Assembly (NCBI RefSeq): GCF_039654945.1
Contig: NW_027361869.1
Span: forward strand, 8,184,001-8,248,000
DNA from: Dendrobates tinctorius
Lineage: Eukaryota
Direction: 5' to 3'
Length of the DNA stretch: 64,000 bases
Shown: positions 28,012-41,560 of the stretch, one piece after another
Layout: each line of letters starts with the position of its first letter
Numbering within the stretch: position 1 is the stretch's first letter
Notes under the pieces: generated by a model
Database searches by the model: none
What the model saw: only the letters and a program-made list of their open reading frames with translations
What the model was told of the DNA's origin: nothing
Position numbers and translations under genes: made by a program

Positions 28012-28172
28012 AAAAATAACTCGAAGATGGATGGGAATGAGAAATCCCACAGGATAAAAAAGATGCTACATGAATGATAAAAATAATAACAATGATAATA
28101 ATAAATGGCACAATTTTTATTTTTTTAAATAAAGATGCCTTTATTAAAATATTGACACAACAATTAAGTGCA

Positions 28173-28207
<35 letters not shown>

Positions 28208-28550
28208 TATAGATATATATTAGAGTATACAATCACATTAGCCATGTGTTTATGGATAATGGAAAACCAATCCATATCAAAAATTCTTAATTAATGAACC
28301 AGGTACAAAAATGCATATATATAGTGACACAAGGATAATTACATAAAAAGAAAATAAATATATGTATAATGAATGTGCCCAAAGTGCAGAGGTGCAGCTG
28401 TGCAAAAAATTCAAATCGCACTAAGGCGTGTGCAACAAAACACAAAGTGTAAAATACCTGTAAGCCGATTGACGCTACGTGAGTTGTATAAGAACATGCC
28501 CCCACGGGCGTTTCGGAAATAAATCTCCTTCGTCAGGTGGATAGATACGC
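28012..28550 (-). mobile_element. Penelope-like insert, copy 3
   Basis: Near-identical to copies 1 and 2 with the same CTGCAAGGA duplication. Confidence 0.7.
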
Positions 28551-29882
28551 CTGCAAGGAGTAGGCGGTGGCACTGATCATACAGCTCTGCGGGGACTAGG
28601 TGGTGGTAATGATCATACAGCTCTGTGCTGACCAACTGGTGGCACTGATCATACAGCTTTGCGGTGACAATGTGGTGGCACTGATTATACAGTTCGGCGG
28701 CGACAGGGTGGTGACACTGATCATACAGCTCTGCATGGAAAGGTGGTGGCACTGAACAAACAGCTCTGCAGGGAAAAGGTGGTGGCACTGAACATACAGC
28801 TCAGCGCGGACAAGGTGGTGGCACTGATCAGACAGCTCTACAGGGAGGAGGTGGTGGCACTGAACATACTTGTTTGCCGGGATGAGTTAGTGGCACTGAT
28901 TATACAGCTCTGCAGTGAGAGGTGGTGGCACTGAAGATACAGCTCTACAGGGATGAGGTGGTTGCACTGATCATAAGGATCTGCAGGGACAAGGTTGTGT
29001 CACTGATCTTAAAGCTCTGCAGGGATGAGGTGGTGGCACTGATCATACAGTTCTGCAGGGAGGAGGTGGTGGCACTGATCATACAGCTCTGTGTGGATAA
29101 GATGGTGGCAATGATCATACAGCTCTGCAGGGAGGAGTTGGTGGCACTGATCATACAGCTCTGCAAGGATGAGGTGTTGGCACTGATCATACAGCTTTGC
29201 GGGGACAATGTGGTTGCACTGATTATATATCTCTTTAGGGATAAGTTGGAGGCACTGATCATGCGGTTCTGCAGGGAAAAGGTGGTGGCACTGAACATAC
29301 AGCTCAGCGAGGACAAGGAGGTGGTACTGATCAGACAGCTCTACAGGGAGGAGGTGGTGGCACTGAACATACTTGTTTACAGGGATGAGGTAGTAGCACT
29401 GATCATACAGCTCTGCAGGGATGAGGTGGTTGCACTGATCATACAGCTCTTTGGGAAGGAGGCGGTGGCACTGATCATAAGGCTCTACAGGGACCAGGTT
29501 GTGTCACTGATCTTACAGCTCTGCATGGATGAGGTGGTGGCACTGATCATACAGTTCTGCAGGGAGGAGGTGGTGGCACTGATCATACAGCTTTGCGGGG
29601 ACAATGTGGTTGCACTGATTATATATGTCTTTAGGGATAAGTTGGAGGCACTGATCATGCGGTTCTGCAGGGATGAGGTTGTGGCACTGATCATACTGCT
29701 CTGCGGGGACAAGGTGGTGACACTGATCATACACCTCTGCGGCGACAAGGTGGTGGTACTGATCATACAGCTCTGCAGGGAGGAGGTGGTGGCACTGATC
29801 ACACAGCTCTGAAGGGAATAGGTGGTGGCACTGATCATACAGCTCTGCAGGGAATAGATGGTGGCACTGATCATAGAGTTCT

Positions 29883-30134
29883 GATGATATTGGAGACTGC
29901 GGACAGACTGTCACTGGCGTTCTGTATTACAGAGGGGTAAGGTCGGGGGAAGACGTATACAGTTGTGTGTCATCAGCATAAAGATGGTACCGAAAGCCAA
30001 ATTTGCTGATGGTCTGTCCAATTGGGGATGTATAGAGCAAGAAGAGATGGGGGCCAAGGACTGAGCCCTGAGGTACCCAGAAAGCAAGAGGAAGAGGAGA
30101 TGAAGTGGAGCCAGCGAACAAAACACTGAAGAAC
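29883..30134 (-). mobile_element. L2 RT fragment, copy 4
   Basis: Same boundaries; YADD motif retained. Confidence 0.9.
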
Positions 30135-30276
30135 TCTGCAGAGACGAGGTGGTGGCACCGATCATACAGGTCAGCAGGGACGAGGTGGTGGCACTCATTA
30201 TAGAGCTCTGCAGGGATGAAGTGGTGGCACTGATCATACAGCTCTGCGGGGAGGAGGAGGTGGCACTGATCATACA

Positions 30277-30490
<214 letters not shown>

Positions 30491-30814
30491 TCATACAGCT
30501 CTGCATTGACGAGGTGGTGGAACTGTTCATGCAGTTCTGCAGGGATGAGGTTGTGGCACTGATCATACAGCTCTGCAGGGAGGAGAGGAGGTAGTGGCAC
30601 AGATCATACAGCCCTGCAGTGACGAGGTGGTGGCACTGATCATACAGTTCTGCAGGGACAAGGTGGTGACACTGATCATACACCTCTGCAGCGACAAGGT
30701 GGTGGTACTTATCATACAGCTCTGCGAGGACCAGGTGGTGGCACTGATCATAAAGCTCTGCAGAGAGGAGGTGGTGGCACTGATTAGACAGCTTTGCAGG
30801 GAGGAGATGTTGGC

Positions 30815-33800
30815 TGTTGTGAGTTCATTTTCCCCTTCACTACTGAGGCCCGATGAACTCCCTCTTCTGGTAAAGAAAGGTAGTGAGCCTGATTATCAAA
30901 CACCTGAGCCTAATGATGATGACTGGCTGAGTGGAGTTACTGACTGGATATAAGGCCGCCGACGCCCTTCTGCCCTGCGGGTGATTTCTCTGTGGGATCC
31001 TTGGAGACCAGTCTGAATTCCTGCTCTTCTAAAGCTAAGTTTTCTGCTCGGCTTTTTGCATTTGTGCTTTGACTTTGTTTTGCTTTGTTTTTCCGGATTT
31101 CTGCCATTCCCTGCTGGGGTGAGCTGAATTCCTTTAGCTCTGTCCTCTGAAAATACCTTAGTGCTGATTTAGTTTTTGAAGCCTAGCTGCTTCAGGGTCT
31201 TTTTCCATATCAGCTTGTTGGCTTATGTCTTTGATATGGTTTTGGCAGATTGCAGACAGCAACCTTTCTTTCCTGTTCTGTTTAGTTAGCTTGAGCCCCA
31301 TTGTTTGCTCAGCCTATCTTTCTATCTGTGTGAGTGTTTTTTCATCTTGCGTCACCGTCATTATATGTTGGGGGCTGCCTTTTACTTTGGGGTCTGCTCT
31401 GGGGCAGTTTAGATTTCCTTTTCTGTCTTTAGGCTATTTAGCTCTCCGGCTGTGATTGAGGGGTCTAGGGCACCGTAGGAACCCCCCACGGCTACTGCTA
31501 GTTGTGTTGATAGGTTCAGGGGTCTGCAGTCTGATAGTTGCCAACTTCTCTGGTTTTCTGGACGTAGCTTCTATTTTTGTGTCTGCCTCCTACGGTGACT
31601 CAATCATAACAGAATCACCTGCCATACCGCAGATCCTAGGGTACTCAATAGCAGGAAAGAATTGTAAAAAAAAAAAAAAAAAAGTGTGTATATTTTTTCC
31701 TCTATATCTCTGAGGCCGTAGGGGGATTTTTTTTTTTTCTCTCAATGGAGATAAAGCAATTGTCTGATCGTGTGGAGCAGCTCGCTGCGGAAGTGCGTGG
31801 AATTTCCGCCTACCTTGCTCATTCACATGCTGCTGAACCAAAGATTCCTACACCTGATGTATTTTTTGGGGATCGGTCTAAATTTTTGAATTTCAAAAAT
31901 AATTGTAAATTATTTTTTGCCTTGAAGCCTAACTCGTCAGGGAGCTCCGCGCAGCAGGTTAAAATTGTCATCTCTTTGCTGCGTGGCGATCCCCAGGATT
32001 GGGCGTTTTCTTTGAAACCAGATGATCCTTTTCTGACTAATGTGAACGCATTTTTTCAAGCCTTGGGGTTGTTGTATGACAAACCTAATGCCATTGATCA
32101 GGCTGAAAAGACCCTGCTGGCATTGAACCAGGATCGAGATTCTGCAGAATTGTACTGTCAAAAATTCCGAAAATGGGCAGTACTTACTACCTGGAATGAT
32201 AATGTCTTGGCTGCTCTCTTTCGGAAGGGGTTTTCAGAAGCCGTAAAAGATACTATGGTGGGATTTCCTGTTCCCTCTGGTCTTGACGATTCTATGTCAT
32301 TAGCTATTCAGGTTGATCGGCGTTTGCGCGAACGCAAAACTGCACGAGAGGTGTTGCCACCTGTTGAACAAATGTCTGAACCTATGCAATGTGATAGAGT
32401 TTTGTCCAGAGAGCAGCGTCAGGAGTTCAGAAGGCGTAATAAGTTGTGTTTTTTTTTCTGTGGAGATGCCTCGCATGTTATTTCTGTCTGCCCTAAACGA
32501 GAGAAACGCTTTGCACACACGTTTTCTGTTGGTAGTGTTCAACCTAAGTTTCTTCTGGCTATTACTCTGATCTGCTCCCTGTCCACATTTTCCGCCAAGG
32601 CTTTTGTGGATTCGGGAGCAGCCCTAAACCTAATGGACTTGGATTTTGCTAAACGTTGTGGATTTCCGATGACACCTCTGCAGACGCCTATCCCTTTGAG
32701 GGGGATTGATGCTACTCCTTTGGCTAAAAATAAACCTCAGTTTTGGACCCAGGTGGTAATGCGGGTCGCCCCAGACCATCAAGAAAATTGCAGATTTTTG
32801 GTGTTGCATAATCTGCATGATACTATTGTTCTGGGGTTTCCCTGGTTACAAATTCATAATCCAGTTTTGGATTGGAAATCTGTGTCTATGGTGAGTTGGG
32901 GTTGTCGGTGTGCCTTTAGTGAGGCTCCGGTGTTTTCCACCTCTCCTCAGTCGCATGATGTTCCTGATTATTTGGCGGACTTTTATGATGTATTTAGTGA
33001 GAATGAGTCTGCGTCTCTGCCTCCTCATAGGAGTTATGACTGTGCAATTGAACTGAGCCCGGGGTGTAAATTTCCCAAGGGTCGGCTCTTCAATTTATCT
33101 GTACCCGAGCATGAGGCTATGCGATCCTATATTAAGGAGGCGTTGGAGAAGGGTCATATTAGACCATCCTCGTCACCCTTAGGTGCCGGTTTTTTTTTTG
33201 TAGCCAAAAAGGATGGATCATTAAGACCTTGTATTGATTATCGTGCCCTCAACAAAATTACTGTTAAATATCAGTATCCGTTACCCCTGATTTCTGATAT
33301 ATTCTACAGAGTTAAAGGTGCTTGCTGGTTTACCAAGCTTGACCTCGGGGGGCGTATAATCTTATTCGCATTAAGCATGGGGATGAATGGAAGACGGCGT
33401 TTAATACTCCGGAGGGACATTTTGAGTACCTGGTGATGCCTTTTGGGCTCACTAATGCCCCTTCTGTCTTCCAGTGCTTCATGAACGATATTTTCCGAGA
33501 TTTTGTCGATAAATTTTTGATTATCTATCTGGATGATATTTTGATCTTCTCCAAGGACTGGGATTCTCATGTGGAACATATTCGGACTGTGTTCCGTATC
33601 TTGAGGGAGAATTCCCTGTATGTCAAAGGATCTAAATGCCTTTTTGGAGTACAGAGGATTTCTTTTTTGGGATTTATTTTGTCCCCGTCAACTATTGAAA
33701 TGGACCCGGCCAAGGTACAGGCCATTTACGATTGGGTTCAGCCCACTTCTTTGAAGGCCCTCCAGAAGTTTTTGGGTTTTGCTAATTTTTATCGGAAATT

Positions 33801-36598
33801 TATAGCAAAATTTTCTAGTATTGCCAAGCCATTGACTGATTTGACTAAGAAGGGTGCTGATGTGTTAAATTGGTCTCCGGAGGCTGTTTCTTCCTTTCAG
33901 GAGCTGAAGCGAAGATTCACCTCCGCCCCGGTTTTGCGGCAACCTGATGTCTCACTTCCGTTCCAGGTAGAGGTGGATGCTTCTGAGATTGGTGCAGGAG
34001 CTGTTTTGTCCCAAAAGGATCCTGTAACATCTAAAATTAATCCCTGTGCTTTCTTTTCCCGAAAGTTCTCTCCATCTGAACGTAACTATGATGTGGGGAA
34101 TCGGGAACTGTTGGCCATGAAAGGGGCATTTGAGGAGTGGAGACATTGGTTGGAGGGAGCTAAGCATCAAGTCGTGGTCCTCACTGACCACAAGAATTTG
34201 ATTTACCTAGAGTCGGCTAAGCGCTTGAGCCCTAGACAGGCTAGGTGGGCTTTGTTTTTTTACACGTTTTGATTTTGTGGTTTCTTTTCTTCCTGGAACT
34301 AAGAATGTCAAGGCAGACGCCCTCTCTAGGAGCTTCTTTGCTGATTCTCCTGTGGTGACCAAGCCTGCTACCATCTTAGGCGAAGGGGTAGTTCTTTCTG
34401 CCATCTTGCCCGATTTGAGACGTGCTCTGGAAGAGTTCCAGGAGGACAAACCTGAGCGTTGTCCCAGTGGAAAGTTGTATGTTCCTGATCAGTGGAAGAA
34501 GAGAGTGATGTCTGAAGTTCATTGCTGTGCTTTGGCTGGTCATCCAGGTATTTTTTTTACTAGACATCTGGTGAGTCGATCTTTTTGGTGGCCCTCCTTG
34601 TCTCGTGATGTCAGGAATTTTGTGCAGTCCTGTGGGACGTGCTCCCGGTCTAAATCGTGTTCTCGCTCTAGTGGGTTGTTGATGCCTTTGCCTGTCCCCA
34701 AGAGGCCATGGACCCATATTTCAATGGATTTCATCTCTCATATGCCTGTCTCTCAAAGGATGACTGTTATTTGGGTGATTTGTGATAGGTTCTCTAAGAT
34801 GGTTCATCTTGTACCACTCCCTAAGTTGCCGTCTTCCTCTGAGTTGGTGCCCCTGTTTTTGCAACAGGTGGTTCGCTTGCAAGGGATTCCTGAGAACATT
34901 GTATCTGACAGAGGAGTTCAGTTTGTGTCTAGATTTTGGAGAACTTTCTGTTCCAAGCTGGGAATTCAGTTGTCCTTCTCCACTGCTTTTCACCATCAGA
35001 CCAATGGGCAGACAGAGAGAACAAACCAGACCTTTGAGTCATATTTGAGATGTTTTATTTCTGCTGATCAGGATGATTGGGTTTCATTTTTGCCCTTGGC
35101 CAAATTTGCTTTAAATAATGGAGCTAGTTCTGCCACTTTGATGTCACCTTTTTTTGTAACTTTGGGTTTCATCCTCGATTTTCTTCAGGGCAGGTGGAGC
35201 CCTCTGCCTGCCCAGGTGTTGACACTGTGGTGGAGAGAATGCACCAGGTCTGGGACCAAGTGGTGGATAAGTTATCTCTCTCCCAGGAAAAGGCCCAGCG
35301 GTTTTCCAACCGACATAGGACCATTGGTCCCCAGTTTAAGGTTGGTGATATGGTGTGGTTATCATCAAAAAATATTGCTATGAAGGTGGCTCCTCCTAAG
35401 TTTAAGCCTAGATTTATTGGACCTTACAAGATTTTGGAGATTATTAATCCGTTCTCTTTTCGTTTGGCTCTTCCTGTCACATTTAAAATCCATAATGTGT
35501 TCCATAAATCTTTGTTGAAGAGGTTTGTTGAACCTGTTGTTCCGGGGGTGGCACCTCCAGACCCTGTATTGGTTGAAGGTAACATGGAATATGAGGTAGA
35601 GAAAGTACTGGATTCCCGTCTGGCTAGACGGAGACTCCAGTATTTGGTTAAGTGGAAGGGTTATGGTCAGGAGGATAATTCCTGGGTCTCTGCCTCTGAT
35701 ATTCATGCCAAAAGATTGGTGCGTGCCTTTCATCGGTCTCACCCGGATCGCCCTGGTGGCATGGATGAGGGTTCGGTGACCCCTCCTCAAGGGGGAGGTA
35801 CTGTTGTGAGTTCATTTTCCCCTTCACTACTGAGGCCCGATGAACTCCCTCTTCTGGTAAAGAAAGGTAGTGAGCCTGATTATCAAGCACCTGAGCCTAA
35901 TGATGATGACTGGCTGAGTGGAGTTACTGACTGGATATAAGGCCGCCGACGCCCTTCTGCCCTGCGGGTGAATTCTCTGTGGGATCCTTGGAGACCAGTC
36001 TGAATTCCTGCTCTTCTAAAGCTAAGTTTTCTGCTCGGCTTTTTGCATTTGTGCTTTAACTTTGTTTTGCTTTGTTTTTCTGGATTTCTGCCATTCCCTG
36101 CTGGGGTGAGCTGAATTCCTTTAGCTCTGTCTTCTGAAAATAACTGAGTGCTGATTTAGTTTTTGAAGCCTAGCTGCTTCAGGGTCTTTTTCCATATCAG
36201 CTTGTTGGCTTATGTCTTTGATAGGGTTTTGGCAGATTGCAGACAGCAACCTTTCTTTCCTGTTCTGTTTAGTTAGCTTGGGCCCCATCGTTTGCTCAGC
36301 CTATATTTCTATCTGTGTGAGTGTTTTTTCATCTTGCTTCAGCGTCATTATATGTTGGGGGCTGCCTTTTACTTTGGGGTCTGCTCTGGGGCAGTTTAGA
36401 TTTCCTTTTCTGTCTTTAGCCTAATTAGCTCTCCGGCTGTGATCGAGGGGTCTAGGGCACCGTAGGAATCCCCCACGGCTACTGCTAGTTGTGTTGATAG
36501 GTTCAGGGGTATTCAATCTGATAGTTGCCAACTTCTCTTTTTTTCTGGACGTAGCTTCTATTTTTGTGTCTGCCTCCTACGGTGACTCAATCATACCA
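30815..36598 (+). mobile_element. Full-length Ty3/Gypsy LTR retrotransposon, Tf1/sushi chromovirus type
   Basis: 797-bp LTRs at 30815-31611 and 35802-36598 (TG...CA), polypurine tract AAGGGGGAGG before the 3' LTR, GTTGGC on both flanks, order gag-PR-RT-RH-IN-chromo. Confidence 0.97.
31745..35940 (+). pseudogene. Frameshifted gag-pol polyprotein
   Basis: Zn knuckle [15 protein letters not shown], protease AFVDSGA, RT YLDD, RNase H VDAS...TDHKNL, integrase SMDF/VSDRG/NGQTERTN, chromodomain YEVEKVLDSR...YLVKWKGY; split over four ORFs. Confidence 0.93.
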
Positions 36599-37857
36599 GT
36601 TGGCACTGATCATACAGCTCTGCAGGGAGTAGGTGGTGGCACTGATCATACAGCTCTGCGGGGACAAAGTGGTGGCACTTATGTTACAGCTTTGCGGGGA
36701 CAAGGTGGTGGCACTGATCATACAGCTCTGCAGGGAGGAGTTGGTGGCACTGAACATACAGCTCAGCGTGGACAAAGTGGTGGCACTGATCTTAAAGCTC
36801 TACAAGGATGAGGTGGTGGTACTAATCATACAGCTCTGCAGGGAGGAGGTGGTGGCACTGATCATACAGCTCTGCGGGGACAAGATGGAGGCACTGATGA
36901 TAAGGCTCTGCAGGGATGATGTGGTGGCACTGATCGTACAGGTCTGCAGGGATGAGGTGGTAGCACTCATCATACAGCTTTGCGTGGACAAGGTGGTGGC
37001 ACTGATCATATAGCTCTGAGGGGATGACGTGGTGGCACTGATCAAATAGCTCTGCAGGGATTAGGTGGTGGCACTGATCATACAGCTCTGCAAGGAGTAG
37101 GCGGTGGCACTGATTCAACAGCTGTGCGAGGAGTAGGCAGTGGTACTGATCATACAGCTCTGTGCTGACCAACTGGTGGCACTGTTCATGCGGTGACAAG
37201 GTGGTAGCACTGATTATACAGTTCTGCGGCGACAAGGTGGGGGCACTGATCATACATGTCTGCAGGGAAAAGGTGGTGGCACTGAACATACAGATCAGCG
37301 CGGACAAGGTGGTGGCACTGATCAGACAGCTCTACAGGGAGGAGGTTGTGGCACTAAACTGGTTTGCAGGGATGAGGTAGTGGCACTGATTATACAGCTC
37401 TGCAGTGAGAGGTGGTGGCACTGAAGATACAGCTGTGCAGGGATGAGGTGGTTGCACTGATCATACAGCTCTGCAGGGAGTAGGCGGTGGCACTGATCAT
37501 ACAGCTCTGCGGGGACTTGGTGGTGGTACTGATCATACAGCTCTGTGCTGACCAACTGGTGGCACTGATCATACAACTTTGTGGTGACAAGGTGGTGGCA
37601 CTGATTATACAGTTCTGCGTCTACAAGGTGGTGGCACTGATCATACAGGTCTGCAGGGATGAGTTGGTGGCACTGATCATGTAGCCCTGAGGGGATGACG
37701 TGGTGGCACTGATCAAATAGCTCTGCAGGGATTAGGTGGTGGCACTGATCTTACAGCTTTGCGGGGACAATGTGATGGCACTGATTATATATCTCTTTAG
37801 GGATAAGTTGGAGGCACTGATCATGCGGTTCTGCAGGGATGAGGTTGTGGCACTGAT

Positions 37858-40800
37858 AATGATAATAATAATAATAATAATACAAAATTTTATTTTTATA
37901 GCGCCGACATATTCCGCAGCACTTTACATTTCAAAGGGGATTTGTACAGACAATAGACATTACAGCATAACAGTAATCACATACAGTAGATTATAACAAA
38001 TACCAAGAGGAAAGAGGGCCCTGCTCGCAAGTTTACAGTCTATGAGGAAAGAGGTAGACACGAAAGGTGGGTGGTAACAGTTGCCCTGATTGTAGGAACC
38101 AGCCATACTGTTAGGTATGTGACAGTACGGACACAGAGGGCTAATGGATGCATAAAACATGTGAGAACATGATGCGGGAAAACTGCTTATGGTAAAACTT
38201 TTGGCTGTGCCACACGGGGATAGATTAGGTTAATGTGTTGAGGCGATAGACCAGTCTGAATAAATGCGTTTTCAGGGCACGCTTAAAATTGTGGGGATTG
38301 GGGACTAATCGTATTGACCTGGGAAGTGCATTCCAAAGAATTGGCGCTGCACGTGTAAAGTCATGGAGACGGGAGTGGGAGGTTCTGACTATTGAGGATG
38401 CTAACCTCAGGTCATCAGCAGAACGGAGGGCGCGGGTAGGGTGGTATACTGAAACAAGGGAGGAGATGTAGGGTGGTGCTGAGCCATGGAAGGCTTTGTG
38501 GGTGAGGGTAAAAGGTTTATACTGAATTCTGGAGTGGATGGGTAGCCAGTGTAATGACTGGCACAAGGTAGAGGCATCGGTGTAACGATTGGTGAGGAAT
38601 ATAATCCTGGCTGCAGCATTCAAGACAGATTGGAGGGGGGAGAGTTTGGTAAGAGGGAGACTGATTAGAAGAGAGTTACAATAGTCGAGAGGAGAATGAA
38701 TAAGGGAAACAGTAAGAGCTTTTGCAGAGTCAAAAGTAAGAAAAGGTCGAATTCTAGAAATGTTTTTGAGGTGCAGATGACAAGAGCGAGCCAGTGATCG
38801 AATGTAGGGGGCAAAGGAAAGCTCGGAATCAAGTATGACCCCAAGACAGCGGGCCTTTTACTGGGGAGTAATAGTGGAACCACACACAGAAATAGCAATG
38901 TTGGGTATAGGTACATTAGTAGAGGGAGGAAACATCAGGAGTTCAGTCTTTGACAGGTTCAGTTTCAGATATAGTGAGGACATGATATTAGACACAGTGT
39001 TTAGACAATCGCCGGTGTTTTCTAGAAAGGCTGGCGTGATGTCAGGAGAAGAAGCGTATAATTGGGTGTCATCAGCATAGAGATGGTACTGGAAACCAAA
39101 TCTACTGATTGTTTGACCAATAGGGGCAGTGTACAAGGAGAAGAGGAGAGGGCCTAGAACCGATCCTTGGGGGACCCCAACAGTAAGGGGAAGGTGAGAG
39201 GAGGAGGAACCGGCAAAAGATACAGTAAAGGAGCAGTCAGAGAGATAGGAGGAGAACCAGGAGAGAACGGTGTCCTTGAGGCCAATGGAACGGAGCATAG
39301 TGAGGAGGAGCTGATGATCCACAGTGTCGAATGCTGCAGAGAGATCCAAGAGAATTAGCATGGAGTAATGACCATTTGATTTAGCTGTTAGCAGATCATT
39401 ATAGACTTTAGTGAGGGCAGTTTCAGTGGAGTGTACAGAACGGAAATCGGATTGGAGAGGGTCGAGAACAGAGTTTTCTGAGAGATAGCGGATAAGACGG
39501 GAGTGGATCAGGCGTTCCAGGAGTTTAGAGATGAAGGGAAGATTAGAGACAGGTCTATAGTTAGCGGCACAGTTTTGGTCGAGGGATGGTGTTTTAAGTA
39601 GTGGATGTTTGATGGCAAACTTAAATGTGGAGGGAAAAATACCTGAAGAGAGAGGTTAAATAGTTTAGTTAGGTGAGGGGTGACAGCAGGGGAAAGGGAC
39701 TGGAGGAGATGTGACGGAAATGGGTCACTGGTGCAAGTAGTTGGGCGAGAAGATGCAAGGAGCCTGCTTACTTCTTCTTCTGTGACTGGTTCAAAATCAG
39801 AGAGTGAGCTAGATGCAGTGGGGGAGGGAGGACAGTGCATGGTATGAGGTGATTGGGAGATAATTTCCTGTCGGATCTGGTCAATTTTTTCTTTGAAGTA
39901 ATTGGCCAGATCGTCAGCTCGGAGCTCCGAGGTTGGGGCCTGTACTCTTGGGTTGAGAAGAGAATGAAAAGTGTCAAAGAGACGTTTCGAGTTATTGGAC
40001 AGTGAGGTGATGAGGGTGTTGAAATAGGTTTGTTTGGAGAGGTGAAGGGCAGTGTTGTATGTTCAAAGCATAAACTTATAATGGATGAAATCTTCGTGTA
40101 GATTGGATTTTCTCCACAGACGTTCGGCGCACCTGGAGCACCGCTGCAGGAAACGTGTTTGGGAAACGTGTTTGCACCGTGTGCCAGGGTTGTCGCCGTC
40201 TGTGTTGTGGTGTTCTAGTTATAAGGGGTGCAAATTCATCCAGGGCACTTTGAAGTGTTTCATTGTAATGCTTCAATGCAGAATCAGGGCATGAGAGGGA
40301 GGAGATAGGGGCCAATGAAGACTGCAAGTTCTTCGTAAGTTTCTGGGTGTTAATGGCCTGTATGTTTCTATAAGTCTGGACAGTGGGGGTGACCTGAGCA
40401 GCCTGGCAGTTCTTGATAGAGAATGAAAGAAGATTGTGGTCAGAGAGCGGGAGAGGGGAGTTTGCAAAATCATCCACTGCACAAAGCCGAGAGAAGACCA
40501 AGTCGAGGGAGTTTCCGACTTCATGCGTTGGAGAATTAGTAAGCTGCGAAAGGCCAAATGAGGAGGTTAGAGATAAAAGGTGAGCAGCAGATGGTGAGAG
40601 GGGAAGAGCAATGGGAATGTTGAAATCTCCCATGATGAGGGTAGGGATGTCACAGGAGAGAAAATGTGGAAGCCAAGTGGCAAAATGATCCAGGAACTGA
40701 TGGGAGGGGCCGGGAGGACGATACACCACCGCCACTCGCATGGAGAAGGGGGTGTAGGGTCTGACGGCATGGACCTCAAAAGAAGGGAAGACAAGTGAGG

Positions 40801-41560
40801 GTACTTGAGGGATAACCTGAAAGGTACATTTTGGTGATAGGAGCAGACCAACGCCTCCACCTGCTCTACTGTCTGATCTTGGGGTATGAGAGAAGTGTAG
40901 CCCCCCGTATGAAAGAGCAGCAGCAGCGGTAGTGTCTGACTGCTGGATCCAGGTTTCAGTAAGAGCCAGAAGGTTAAGAGAATTAGAAAGGAAGAAGTCA
41001 TGGATGAAGGAGAGTTTGTTACAAACTAAGCGAGAATTCCAAAGTGCACAATTAAGAGAGACAGATGGCATGCAGGGAATATTAATAAGATTAGAGGGGT
41101 TTCTAAGTGTAGCAGTTGGGGGGTTTGACTTTCTATAACATGGGGGACCAAGGTTGGGAGCAATGTCTCCTGCGACTAGGAGAAGGAGGATAGAAAGAGT
41201 GAGCAGATTGTTAAGTGATTTGTGAGAGCGTCTCTGATGTTGAATGGTGGGACTGACTGGATCTGTGCAATTTAACAATGTGAAAAGAGCGTGAGTGCTA
41301 TACATAGGAGAGGAAAGGAGCGAGGGGCCGATATGGATGGAGTGTAGAGAGTTAATGCAAGGGCGGTGGATGTGTGTGAATGCAGCGGCCAGGATATAAA
41401 TTATACAAATGCTTATGGTATATATTTGATGTGCTCCAAATGTACAGGGAGTAGATGTATATAAATGTCTTACCTGTCTCCTGCCCTGTCTAACTGCCAT
41501 GCTATAACTGACAGTAGTACTTTGATTCATGTACTTCGATTACATGTGCATAAATGCCAC
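37858..41560 (-). mobile_element. L2-clade LINE (~3.7 kb) with disrupted APE-RT ORF2
   Basis: APE motifs (LTETW, VVYRPP, MGDFN, LDL, SDH) in 40076-41530; [22 protein letters not shown] in 38858-39361; (TAT)n tail at ~37858-37881; CACTGAT duplicated on both sides. Confidence 0.95.
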
